In this document: positions 1 to 10,798 of the stretch, piece by piece
How positions within the stretch are numbered: position 1 is the stretch's first letter
How the letters are laid out: every line of letters starts with the position of its first letter
Source of the DNA: Haliotis cracherodii
Taxonomy: Eukaryota
Assembly: GCF_022045235.1 (NCBI RefSeq)
Contig: NW_027266265.1
Coordinates: 44,702,001 to 44,766,000 of the forward strand
DNA length: 64,000 nt
Direction of reading: 5' to 3'
The notes under the pieces: model-generated
What the model was told of the DNA's origin: nothing
What the model saw: the letters and a program-made list of their open reading frames with translations, nothing else
Database searches by the model: none
Program-made: the position numbers and the translations under genes

Positions 1-66
1 ACAGACCGCCGTCATATAGCTGGAATATTGCTGAGTGGGGCGTTAAACAAAAAAACAACCAACCAA
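1..66 (+). mobile_element. 3' tail of short retroposon family D
   Basis: acagaccgccgtcatatagctggaatattgctgagtggggcgttaaacaaa matches the tails of D copies at 1454 and 25565. Confidence 0.8.
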
Positions 67-892
67 TCTTAGAAGGGATGTTGGGGTCGCATTCTACCCG
101 ACTCTATTTCTCTCTCACAACCACCACACCAACTCTAACCCATACAAGACCCCGCTCTCGACTTTCGGAAGTATTGTTCACTGGTAGCTCCTGATAATCG
201 ATAGATGTGTTGAAAACAGCAATCTCTCGATTATAGACATTCAACAAAACAAGACTGAGTTTGAAGCGTGTAAACATAACAGGTCTTTTAATGTCATCAG
301 ACGCCTTCACCATGGCAACAACATCAACGAAGGCATCATAACAAATATGAATATGGCATTTTCACTGACCAACAGCGTCTTGCAGTAACAAAGGACATCA
401 CGAGGGTGAGCGGCTAATTTCTTCTGTGTTGATCGACTCCCAAGAGAAGTCTGCAAAACATCATTACTTTCACGAAATTATGCCCTAATCAACAAAGCGA
501 GAAAGGGAAACGTTATTTTATTATTCCCTTGATGACTTTATCGAAAAACGAATTATACCATGACGAATGAGATTGTAACTCAGCAGTTTTTCATCCCTAC
601 TGGTAGCACTGGACTGGCTGCTTAAAAAGCTCAAAGGAAATAAAAAAACAAGTGTAGTATTTTTATTCGGCGAATGGATAGCTTTCTTGAATTTGTGAAT
701 TAGTTTACAACAAGATCTGAGAGCTGATTAAAGGGGCAATAACATATTAAAATATTTATAGTTCGGAATACAGAAAATTATCGCGATATTAAAAGCGCGC
801 CTGTATCTTTTTATACTTGTTGTGATATTCTTTTCTGAAGCTTGAATGATAAGCGGACGAGCCTGCAAACATTGTGTGTTTGTGTTGATGAA

Positions 893-1000
893 AGTGAGTG
901 AGTATGGTTTTACGCCGCTTTTAGCAATGTTCCAGCAATATGATGTCGTGGTACACCAGAAATGAGCTTCACACATTGTACCCAAACGTGGCTTGGATAA
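893..1000 (-). mobile_element. SINE family A, 3' part
   Basis: gtgagtgagtatggttttacgccgcttttagcaatgttccagcaata...gcttcacacattgtaccc is the reverse complement of the family A body and tail. Confidence 0.8.
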
Positions 1001-1110
1001 AACGGCGATCATTCAAGTATTGAATATAGAATGTTCATGCAGATTATTTGAGTCCAACTCACAGGAAGAGAGAATGTTCAAGATCCATTAAATGAACTGA
1101 TTGAGTAGAT

Positions 1111-1223
1111 GTTGTTTAACGCCTCAGTCAGCACTGGCCCAGCTGTATCATGATGGTCAGGAAATAATTGAATCTGGACCAGACCAACCAGTGATTGAAA
1201 ACATTTGAGCAACGATCCACGCA
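1111..1223 (-). mobile_element. Degenerate family D 3' fragment
   Basis: tctggaccagaccaaccagtgatt is the reverse complement of the D body. Confidence 0.65.
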
Positions 1224-1453
1224 TTCAGGGCAAGATTGTAATCAGTAAATTTGGAACCCTCGGGTCGGAATTCGGCAAATCGACATCCTATCGTCTTTGG
1301 TTTGATTGATTCTCTTGCCACCCTTACCAATATTAATACGGCGGAAACCCAGAACAAATTGTTCCATTTTGGAATCGGAATCTTTGGCATAACAAGCATA
1401 GGTTCCCCCCCATACATTACCTCACTGTCCGTCTTTTTTGGCCGTAAAAGGCG

Positions 1454-1725
1454 GACCCGTGAAGATCCGGGGTAGAATAGGTCTTCAGCAACCCATGCTT
1501 ATCATAAAAGGCGACTTTGCTTGTTGTAAGAGGCGACTAACGGGATTCGGTGGTCAGGCTCGCTGACCTGGTTGATGTATGTCATCGTATCCCAATTGCG
1601 TGGATCAATGCTCATGATATCAATCAGTGGATTGTCTGGTCCAGACTCGATTTTTCACATGCGTCCTCATATAGCTGGACTATTGTTTAGTGCGGCTTTA
1701 AACCAAAACCAAAACAAACACAAAC
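1454..1725 (+). mobile_element. Short non-autonomous retroposon family D (no tRNA head, structured 5' end), near full length
   Basis: GACCCGTGAAGATCCGGGGTAGAATAGGTCTTCAGCAACCC...AGAGGCGACTAACGGG...tail ending (AAAC)n; homologous copies at 22476, 25565 and 63774. Confidence 0.85.
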
Positions 1726-1997
1726 AGAAATATTGCAGCTATTAATAATATCAAAACAAGGAATACAATAAATAGAGAATCTCACCCGAGTGTCAACCGA
1801 GATCAAACCCATGAAGGCGAGTTGATGACGTCAGAATGGTCTGCAAAGCATTATGATGCTATTTCAAAGCTCTTGATCACACCCAAACATCTGCTGAGGA
1901 AGCCAGTCTTAAATCATGATAAATGCGCTTTACACATTCTACCCAGATGGGGAATAGACCTTGGGTCTTCATATTCGTGAATGCATAACATCTGCCC

Positions 1998-2542
1998 CAT
2001 CTTCCAGAGGCAAGAGAGTTAACTGGCTTTAAAAGTCGAATGTCCACCCTTGCAGAACGAGGATGGTATTATGGAGTTAGATTTTGGCTGGACTAACGAG
2101 TCTATGCATAGTCCAATCAAAATCGCGCTACGAAATCGAAATCCGGTTCGTAAACTGTCATGCAGAGTTTGGTCGATTGTAGGATTTGCACAACATGTGC
2201 ACAGCAAACTCGTTGTCAACAGATATTTTCCAAATCGTTTCAAGTTTTTAATCAAGGTGCTCACGTGATTTGATGCACTTCGCGATGTAAGAACCGTTTT
2301 ATCACAATACAGATCTTGATTGTCGATCGGATCGTCTTGACTGGGCGCCGCCATTTTGTTTGAAGCATATGCAAGTGATACGAGAGGTTGAATCTGATTG
2401 GTCCATAGGAGGGGAATAGAAGGGACATAATTCGCAACAGCCACTGGTAGCGCTACGATCGGGCCCAGGAATTCCAGCCTAGTTCGGCAAGGGTGGAAGC
2501 TGGACTTTTATAGTCAGTTAACTCTCTTGCCTCGGGAACATG
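1998..2542. mobile_element. MITE with ~40-bp TIRs and 9-bp TSD (Mutator-like by TSD length)
   Basis: Left end CATCTTCCAGAGGCAAGAGAGTTAACTGGCTTTAAAAGTC; right end reverse complement CATGTTCCCGAGGCAAGAGAGTTAACTGACTATAAAAGTC; CATCTGCCC at 1989-1997 and 2543-2551. Confidence 0.9.
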
Positions 2543-2715
2543 CATCTGCCCCTAATGAATGAACGCCTAAAGCACACCATTCTTTTCAATTAGGATCGAT
2601 TATCTGTATTCCCCCTTTAAACGTTTGTAATACTCTAATTCATCATCCATCTATACGTACACAGGCAGATTATTTATTCTGAGCAAGATGTTATTTCCGT
2701 CATGTTTTACTGATG

Positions 2716-3697
2716 CCATGTTATCTCAAAGACGCAAAGCGTAACTGACATCCCCACGCCATGTTATCTCAAAGACGCAAAGCGTAACTGACATTACACG
2801 CCATGTTATCTCAAAGACGCAAAGTGTAACTGACATCCCCACGCCATGTTATCTCAAAGACGCAAAGTGTAATTGACATCCCCACGCCATGTTATCTCAA
2901 AGACGCAAAGCGTAACTGACATTACACGCTATGTTATCTCAAAGACGCAAAGCGTAACTGACATCCCCACGCCATGTTATCTCAAAGACGCAAAGCGTAA
3001 CTGACATCCCCACGCCATGTTATCTTAAAGACGCAAAGTGTAACTGACATCCCCACGCCATGTTATCTCAAAGACGCAAAGCGTAACTGACATTACACGC
3101 CATGTTATCTCAAAGACGCAAAGTGTAACTGACATCCCCACGCCATGTTATCTCAAAGACGCAAAGTGTAATTGACATCCCCACGCCATGTTATCTCAAA
3201 GACGCAAAGCGTAACTGACATTACACGCTATGTTATCTCAAAGACGCAAAGCGTAACTGACATCCCCACGCCATGTTATCTCAAAGACGCAAAGCGTAAC
3301 TGACATCCCCACGCCATGTTATCTCAAAGACGCAAAGCGTAACTGACATCCCCACGCCATGTTATCTCAAAGACGCAAAGCGTAACTGACATTACACGCT
3401 ATGTTATCTCAAAGACGCAAAGCGTAACTGACATCCCCTCGCCATGTTATCTCAAAGACGCAAAGCGTAACTGACATCCCCACGCTATGTTATCTCAAAG
3501 ACGCAAAGTGTAATTGACATCCCCACGCCATGTTATCTCAAAGACGCAAAGCGTAACTGACATTACACGCCATGTTATCTCAAAGACGCAAAGCGTAACT
3601 GACATCCCCACGCCATGTTATCTCAAAGACGCAAAGTGTAATTGACATCCCCACGCCATGTTATCTCAAACACGCAAAGCGTAACTGACATCCCCAC
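2716..3697. repeat. 42/43-bp minisatellite, ~23 copies, intronic
   Basis: GCCATGTTATCTCAAAGACGCAAAGYGTAAYTGACAT(CCCCAC/TACAC) repeated head to tail. Confidence 0.97.
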
Positions 3698-4589
3698 CAC
3701 AAGCCTTCTTTCAACAGGAATTATTTGTCATCTATGCTTACTGGTGGTCACGAAGTAAATAAATTTCCCTGTATACAGAACTTCTGAACTTCTTTCTCTC
3801 TTAATATTTAGATTTGAATAGTGAGTTGTCTTCAGTCGCTGCAGCAGCATATCAGTTATGTCAATCCAAGACGATGATCTCCCTTTACGTACGCGATCAG
3901 ATTAACATTATTCCATTGAAATTGCTTTTAACTACCTCTTCACACCACGTTACCTTGGAAACGTATTTACATCATTGAAAAATGCACACACGTCCGCGGG
4001 ATTATAATCACAAATTATTGAATTTCGAATAATTGTGATGTATGCTACCTTCAATTTCCATTGTCGCATTCGTGCCTCGCGATACTTAACGAATTTGGTA
4101 TTATGATTGTCCAAGCACGTCCAATGTGTTATTCTGAATAATGTATTTTAGTGGGCGTCATCGGGCCCGGTGTATAACACACATAGCAGAAATACCCTCA
4201 TGGCCCAAGGCTCAGGCAATGTAGGCTAATGATGTTCGCATTAAGATGTTTATTAACGACCACCACAGCGTCCCTAATTGCCACCTCTTAAAATAAGCAC
4301 ATCAAAAGGCTTCTTGGTTTTTAGTTTCATTATTCACTAGGTATAATGTATTTCGGAAAATAGCATTTCATGAGAAAGGAAACACGGCCAAGACCATGTG
4401 CTTAAGGACCTTGGTTGCGGGATAACATTGTAGCAGGGTCATCACTGTAGATTGCTCTGTCATTTCTAATGGAATATATGTCAGGGAGTAGTAAGAGAAT
4501 GTTCCCCAAGGGGTCGTATGTCGCTGGGAGCAAGGTAATGGATATAGACCACTGCTTTATATGGGAAACACAGCTGACAATGGACCTCA

Positions 4590-5030
4590 TTAGAAATTTA
4601 ATCAGTGGATGGAACGTCACGTGCATGTTGTGATGCGACGTGATTACTTCAACAATGTTAACATGCTGAGAAGTTGTTTGATCAAGGTTACAACATTCAG
4701 TAAAGCTTTCACGAAGTTTTATGGTAATCATGTGAAGGACATTTCCAAATTTGACGCATCAGTGACAAAAATGATGTCCGATGCAATTCCCTATTTTGAC
4801 TTGTACCACATGTTCCCGTGGTTTTTTTCAGGTGAACAGTTGACTTGCTTTTGCATGTGTTTGTGACGGTTGCCACAGGCGGGGCAGGATACGCTCACCT
4901 TTTCGCGAACACCTGGTATCATTACTATTTGATAGTGTTTCATTAACACATGCTCATGATATAGTCGGAATTGTACAATCGACTGTGCTTAATGCAGAGA
5001 TTCCTATTGGATATGGAAATGGTTTTGTCG
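4590..5030 (+). mobile_element. Decayed Penelope-like retroelement: RT C-terminus plus 3' region
   Basis: Frameshifted translation KLFDQGYNI..KAFTKFYGNHVKDISKFDASVTKMMSDAIP resembles the C-terminus of invertebrate PLE RTs, followed by GGCAGGATACGCTCACCTTTTCGCGAACACCTG, which recurs near 11105, 20805 and 24440. Confidence 0.65.
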
Positions 5031-5653
5031 CTTTTATTTATGTAAAGAACAGATCAGATTAATCTTGAATATTTTTTTAATATAAATATTCACATTATTT
5101 TGTTTACATCAAATGGTTTTCCCTGCCTTGGAGACATGGTTCCTCTTCCTTCGTTCAAAATACAAGGAATGATTCTTACATGAACAAAGACTAACCACAT
5201 TTCTTCTAGATTCTTCAGGTAAAACCCGATAAAACAGGAAAATAATGGGGATAAAAATCCCATTTATTTAGTGTTAAATGTCGTCATTGCGCCCATGGTT
5301 TGAAAGTTCTGTTGTAATAACAACACGTCCTCCTGTATATTTATGTGAACGGCATGGCTTATTTGAAGATGAATATCATTTGTTCTTGTTGTCCATATCG
5401 TAAGACAAGCAGAGAAAAACTATTTGCATGTATATTTAATAAATACCGTTCATGCATTCATCAATGTCCTGTAAAAATGTTAATTTTAACAGAGGCTTAG
5501 TCAGTTTATTTGAAGAGACATTTGACTAGTCACTCTCTTGAATTGGCAGCAATACATCACACTTCATTGTACATTGCATTGAGGTATTGTTTTAATATTT
5601 GATAGCAAGTGACTGAATTAATGACCTGGGTCGCGTGGCATCCAATACTGAAT

Positions 5654-5656
<3 letters not shown>

Positions 5657-5713
<57 letters not shown>

Positions 5714-5845
5714 ACATTCTCACTTTCTCTCTCTCACTCTCTCTACACTCACCTATCTTGCTCCTCTCTCACATCCACTCTCTCTCGCACTTACTCTTTC
5801 TGTCTCACTCTCTCTCTCTCCCTCCCTCCCTCTCCCTCTCTCTCA
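5657..5845. repeat. (CT)n microsatellite with degenerate extension
   Basis: Perfect CT run 5657-5711, then CT/CA-rich. Confidence 0.95.
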
Positions 5846-6046
5846 CAGTATCATATTTATCACATTCGTATCCAGACATAACAGCCAAGATATATTATAT
5901 AAACACGATATTTCACCGCTTTACGCTTTACTAACATTAAGCATTGTTTGATGAGGAGACCACTTTTTTTCTATAAAATACACTAATAAGCAGCAAAACA
6001 TTAATCAATGCAGAATCCAGCAATGAATAGTTAAACTAAAACGTAC

Positions 6047-6374
6047 CTCCTCCATTTTTCTGTGTTAGGTACGGGAATCTCCATACGTTGCCAAGCCCAA
6101 CAGCGTAACCAATCAACGACAGCATAAACTGAAACCGGTTATCCCACAATTCCCGTTCCTCGCCAGTATGGCGGCTTATCTTTTGCTCGAGATCAATGCG
6201 CAGAAGATTTGCAGTGGATGCTATTGGTCCAATACTGAGCGTACTTCCGTAAGATGGCGTTGATGCGGTGAGGGACAATCGAGGATCGTTGCTAGGCTCT
6301 GGGACTTCCTTATTCAGATTCGGCAGAGCGAGGCGGTCCATCTCTATGCCTGGATCCAGTTCTTGATCCGACAT
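6047..6374 (-). CDS. First coding exon of an SLC6 / neurotransmitter:sodium symporter family transporter, most like the SLC6A15-20 neutral amino-acid transporter group
   Basis: Translation contains [37 protein letters not shown], the NSS TM1 signature. ATG context is gcaagATG. The exon ends GGA GGA G|GTACGT (phase-1 donor at 6046-6041), the usual SLC6 intron position after NGGG. The next exon (GAFLIPY-like) was not found in 1-6040. Confidence 0.95.
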
Positions 6375-6477
6375 CTTGCACCAATATTATTCCAACAGTT
6401 CTTTCCGAAAAAATCCCAAATTCTTACACTGTAATATATCCTCCAATGGTTGTCTTCACAGACGATACTAGCACAGC

Positions 6478-6660
6478 AACATGGCGACGCAGACGCACTC
6501 CAAATTTAAGAATATGATGACGGAATAGTACTTCACAATGTTCACTTCCTTTCACTTACGTCACTTCCGGTCCATAACAGTTGCTTCCCTGAGTTTCACT
6601 TCCGGTGTACACTAGTGCCCAAATATGGGCATTCCCTATACATGTTCTCGTGACGTCATA
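6478..6660 (-). promoter_or_regulatory. Putative proximal promoter of the SLC6 gene: ETS, ETS-CRE, CArG and CRE motifs
   Basis: TTACGTCACTTCCGGT at 6556-6571 (minus strand ACCGGAAGTGACGTAA), CACTTCCGGTG at 6597-6607, CCAAATATGG at 6619-6628, TGACGTCA at 6651-6658, YY1-like AACATGGCG near 6478. All lie 100-290 bp upstream of the ATG. Confidence 0.6.
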
Positions 6661-7247
6661 CCTGGATGTAGCACCATTGTGACCGTATAGACCTGCAACA
6701 CAACCATCCGGGCCTTTAATTTATATACTTTATGAAGATAAAACAAGAAAGCACATTACGTAATATATAAACCTTTTAGCCACCCCTTGCTGTATGTCTA
6801 CCGGGCTTATACATGTCAGAATATTAATATCTGAGGCAGTATCAACGTCACGCTGACAAAATACCCTCTTCTGTGTTTATAATTCATGAAACGTGGAAAG
6901 TTCATACATCGGAACACCCATAATTCTATCGATTGACTCTCTCACCTTTCAGAAAAGATAGCAATTGACATACCTTTCTCATGGAAACCAAGACAGGCGA
7001 GATAGTTAAAGATATAGTACTTGTTATAAGACCACTAGGTATAGCAGTTCGTTATAACGCCTTAAGGTTTTTACAGCTAAAAGGCAGTAAGTTGGTGCAA
7101 TGCATCTGGTTACTATACCAAAGGGCATTATATTTCTACAGCATATGCAGCCACCGGAATAAGACGTCTCGTAATAATTCCATTGATTCTTTAAGTGACA
7201 TTTAGAAGTTTGTGTGAAGAGGGAGACAGTTCTTCTCTATTAGAATG

Positions 7248-7362
7248 AGGGCGGTGGGGTAGCCTAGTGGTTAAAGCTTCACTCGTCACGCCGAAGACCC
7301 GGGTTCGATTCCCCACACGGCGTGATATTGCTGGAATATTGCTAAGAGCGGCGTAACTCACT
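7248..7362 (+). mobile_element. SINE family A (tRNA-Asp-like head), internally deleted
   Basis: A box TAGCCTAGTGG, CTCGTCACG anticodon-like loop, B box GGTTCGATTCC, tail GATATTGCTGGAATATTGCTAAGAGCGGCGTAA. Confidence 0.85.
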
Positions 7363-7652
7363 TTTGTAATGAACGCGACGTGGAGGTACTAACAGCGTTA
7401 TGTTATCAAATGGTGTTCAGAAATGTGAAGTAGGAAGGTTATTTACATATGGATGAGTGATGTTAATGCAGATTGAAGGATTATAGATTGAAGTGTACAC
7501 AACATGTAAGGTTGAAGTATAAAACCTGGTTGCAGAACATATCAAAATAAATAAGTCACACAGACCATACAGTGATTGATATGGACATGTTATTGGAAGC
7601 CAGAACTAAGATCAGAAGTTGATTAAGATCTCCCTTGTTCATAATTCCATCA

Positions 7653-7910
7653 GTGAGCGAGTGAGTGAGTTGGGTTTAACACTTCTTTTAACAGTATTCC
7701 AGTTACATCACGGCGTGCAAGCTAAATGTGGGAGATAAGCCCGAAGGGATGCAAACATTTTCCACTTCAGTGAAACCCACGAGCACGGGTATGGTACTGA
7801 CAACAATAGAAATATAATCGGGGCGAACCAAGATTCAAACCCACAATCATTGGGACGCAACTCTGCATAACGAATCGCGGCGCCACAGACGACTGGGCCA
7901 CCCGGGCCCC
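7653..7910 (-). mobile_element. SINE family B
   Basis: Reverse complement of the 10586 copy, with (GAGT)n tail. Confidence 0.85.
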
Positions 7911-8059
7911 GTAATTCTATCAGGTTCACTGGTACGAACTGGCATAATGTGCCTAATAATGCCACACGGTTAGTACGACGCATTCGGGCAACTGGCATAG
8001 GACGTCACGTGTTTACGTTCATAAGGTTCTTACAATCATGACGCAGTTAAAGGGAATAA

Positions 8060-8345
8060 CATGTCTCGTTATAATGCCATGGTTTAGTCAAGTTCAGAGG
8101 CGGTCAGCTCGTATAATGCGTCTCGTTATACCACCATCAGAATATAAAAGCATATACAGTTATTACACACCTCGTTATACCGCCATCGGATTACAAAAAC
8201 ATGACTTTTACAGTTATAACACCTCGTTATGGCGCCATTTCATTAAAAAAGCATGTACAGTCAACTGTTATAACACACCTCGTTATGGCGCCATAGGGTT
8301 TGTACAACACAGAAGCATTCAGTTGGTATAATACCTCTCTCAAAT
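8060..8345. repeat. Degenerate tandem repeat with core ACACCTCGTTAT(A/G)..CGCCAT, probably a DNA-transposon subterminal remnant
   Basis: Core recurs near 8064, 8120, 8168, 8220 and 8276. Confidence 0.55.
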
Positions 8346-8464
8346 AACGCATTTATGTGCCCTCGTAAGAGCAGTATGGAGGCGTCAACCTGTATAACGG
8401 GACTCTATATAACGACATGAGTTTAGTGCCAGGGTTTGTAACAACGTTACATATATATGCACTT

Positions 8465-8502
8465 GCTTGATAACGGTGTTAGAACCTACACCGAAACGTC
8501 GC
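8465..8502 (+). ncRNA. Minimal type I hammerhead ribozyme motif of Penelope-like type
   Basis: gc-TTGATAA-c-GGTGT-tagaacct-ACACC-GAAAC-GT-C-gc. Core has U3/A8 in place of C3/G8, a 5-bp stem II and a palindromic ACGT stem III, with AATAAA at 8514-8519. Confidence 0.7.
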
Positions 8503-8574
8503 TCTTAATTGTAAATAAAGAAGTTGTTCATCCATGAATTCTTATTTTTACTATGTAACAACGGTTGTGACATA

Positions 8575-8793
8575 TTTCACAGGACGTTTGGACTAATGCC
8601 GATTTTATAGCGCCAGACAACTGAGATTCCATGCCGCAGTTTAGTTTGAATACCCTACTCAGACATAGTATACTGGCTCAGAGCCAGCCAGCCCTTTTTA
8701 AGGCCGAACGCCAGTCAGGGTGACAACAAATACCATTTTGTAACGCATTTTGGCATGACGCGGCACACGCCCCACCACTAGACCACGGAGGCG
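8575..8793 (-). mobile_element. SINE family C, degenerate
   Basis: ccactagaccacggaggc head and taccattt...ggcatgacgcggc body, homologous to the 16133 copy. Confidence 0.75.
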
Positions 8794-9182
8794 ATGTGGA
8801 GGGATGACAGTAACTGTATTTGGCAATATATACTCAAAACCATTGAAGTTTGTTAGAGATAACACGTCGCATTTTCAACTCTCGAGAGTGCAGTTCAGTT
8901 GCATCTGGAATGAAACATTTAATACCCACATTGACTGGGGCGTTTATTGCACGTGCATGGGCTAAACCACTGGTTGCGTTCAGGTGTGTGTTTCTCCATC
9001 ACCTTCAATCTTGCATATCATTGAATTTAATATTCGTTGTTTCAAGCCAGCTTCCACTCAGGGTGACATAGATACATTGTCAACATACCCAGACATACAT
9101 GTATTGTCGCTTGTTGTTAATGCTTGACACCCAACATACTGAGGCTGATTACACTTCCCTGTCAGTTGTGATATGGGTTTTA

Positions 9183-9357
9183 TATGGTGGCCGAGAGGGG
9201 ACATCGCTTTCTCGCCTTCAGTCATGGCCGCGAAAAAGCGATGTTACAAGACGAGAAAGCGGTAACACGAGACGAGAAAGCGATATTCATTTCACGAATT
9301 GCTTTCTCGCGGCCGTAAATGAAGGCGAGAAAGTGATGTCCCCTCTCTGCCTCCATA
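9183..9357. mobile_element. 175-bp MITE, IS3EU-like (TAYGG termini, 6-bp TSD)
   Basis: ~57-bp TIRs TATGGTGGCCGAGAGGGGACATCGCTTTCTCGCCTTCA.../...TGAAGGCGAGAAAGTGATGTCCCCTCTCTGCCTCCATA; GTTTTA at 9177-9182 and 9358-9363. Confidence 0.85.
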
Positions 9358-10585
9358 GTTTTAAGATGAAGCCGTTGTTACATGTGGGGAGATTGTTTCA
9401 TCCCTTGTTTGTTGCGTTACAGTGACTAACATTAAACTACGCACCGTTTATCCGGAAACTCGTTTTCCTAATGCTAACATTAAGGAAAACATTAAAGCGA
9501 CGATTACCAACGAGCATGGGTATTTTGTTATGATTATGAAACACTTTGGTAAATGAAAAGAAGATGAAAAAGACATGGGACCATCAGAAGACACCTTTGT
9601 TGTGGACGTTTTATACCCGAGCTGTTGCTTGTTCTGTGAAAATACTCCTTGTTCACAATCAGAAACCTTTGTTTTTTCTGCTAATGATGTTAGCACTATG
9701 CGGTTGCCTGTACTCGGCCTCATTTTGAGCATGCATTAGACGACAATCGGAGATCGATTATTTAAAGGTTAAAGTAGGAGTGCCATACTTGCACCACTTG
9801 AAGTAATGGAAACACAGATAATAGTTCAAAGCCAAAGTAAAACGCATTCAGTAGTTCAAACTGGCAGCATTAAGACTTCAAAGAGATTCCATTCTGATAT
9901 TGCGAAATTCTTAGCATTCGTCGGAATTCAAAGGTGTGGAAGCATTCTTGGGATAAGTATGTTCATAGAAGACTTTCGAGACAAATTAATGTTATATTTC
10001 GCCAAACTCAGCAAAATAACAACTTTATCAAGATGGTTGAATGATTGAATCGGGTCCAGGGAAACCAGTGATTGACGGCATGAGCACCGATTAACATTGT
10101 TAGGGCACGATGACACACAACCGGCCAAGTCACACATTGTAACTAGCTGATCCTCAATGGATAGCACTGATGGCAAGTTTGGGGTTCTGGGCACCCTGAG
10201 TTTGTCGTGTGAGAAGTGTCATATCTCTCTCATGAATCAAAAACAGTGTTATGGAAAAGAATTTAATATATCAACGGTCAAAACGATTTGTTTATTAATA
10301 TAATGGCCAGACAACTGTATTTTCCTGTTTCAAGGATTTTCCTTAGGAAGGAGACAAAAGAATAAAAGAAGAATTATCCCGATTAAATTTTCTGATTTTT
10401 TTTTCAGGGGTCTCAAAAACCATTTCTTCTATCAAGCAATACAGTTCATTTCCAAGAAATTTATTTTGTCGGTAAACCAAGAAGATGTATTTGTGCAGCC
10501 TAAAATAACACTAACTGTCCAATTGTTCAACGCTGAAACTGACTGGGGGTATAGTTTGCCTCTTATCAGGGTTTCGACCAAATTC

Positions 10586-10798
10586 GGGGGCACGGGTGGC
10601 CCAGTCGTCTAAAGCGCCGCGATTCGCTGTGCAGAGTTGCGTCCCTTGGGCACGCCAGAAACCTATGATTGTGGGTTCGAATCCCGGTTCGCCCCGAGTA
10701 TGTTTCAAGGTTTGTCAGCACCATACCCGTGTTAGTGGGTTTCACCGAAGTGGTAAACGTCTAAGACCTGCATCACTTCGGGCTGTCCTCCCACATTA
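10586..10798 (+). mobile_element. SINE family B (tRNA-Leu/Ser-like elongated head), tail missing
   Basis: A box TGGCCCAGTCGT 10597-10608, B box GGTTCGAATCC 10674-10684, body GGTTTGTCAGCACCATACCCGTG...CTCCCACATTA; more than 12 homologues in the window. Confidence 0.9.

Noticed and set aside
2716-3697. CRISPR-like array (also the 40- and 44-bp arrays)
   Set aside because: Units are contiguous with no unique spacers, there are no cas genes, and the context is eukaryotic
5609-5881. Low-complexity ORFs (LS-repeat here, poly-Pro at 20173, repeats at 24695)
   Set aside because: Translations of micro- and minisatellites
1-6040. Second SLC6 exon
   Set aside because: No GAFLIPY/GxPLFFLE-like frame seen on the minus strand; ORFs 104-313 and 1157-1417 do not resemble SLC6
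7248-7320. Functional tRNA genes at SINE heads (also 10586, 15227, 25881)
   Set aside because: No proper acceptor stem, followed by shared SINE bodies and tails, some with TSDs
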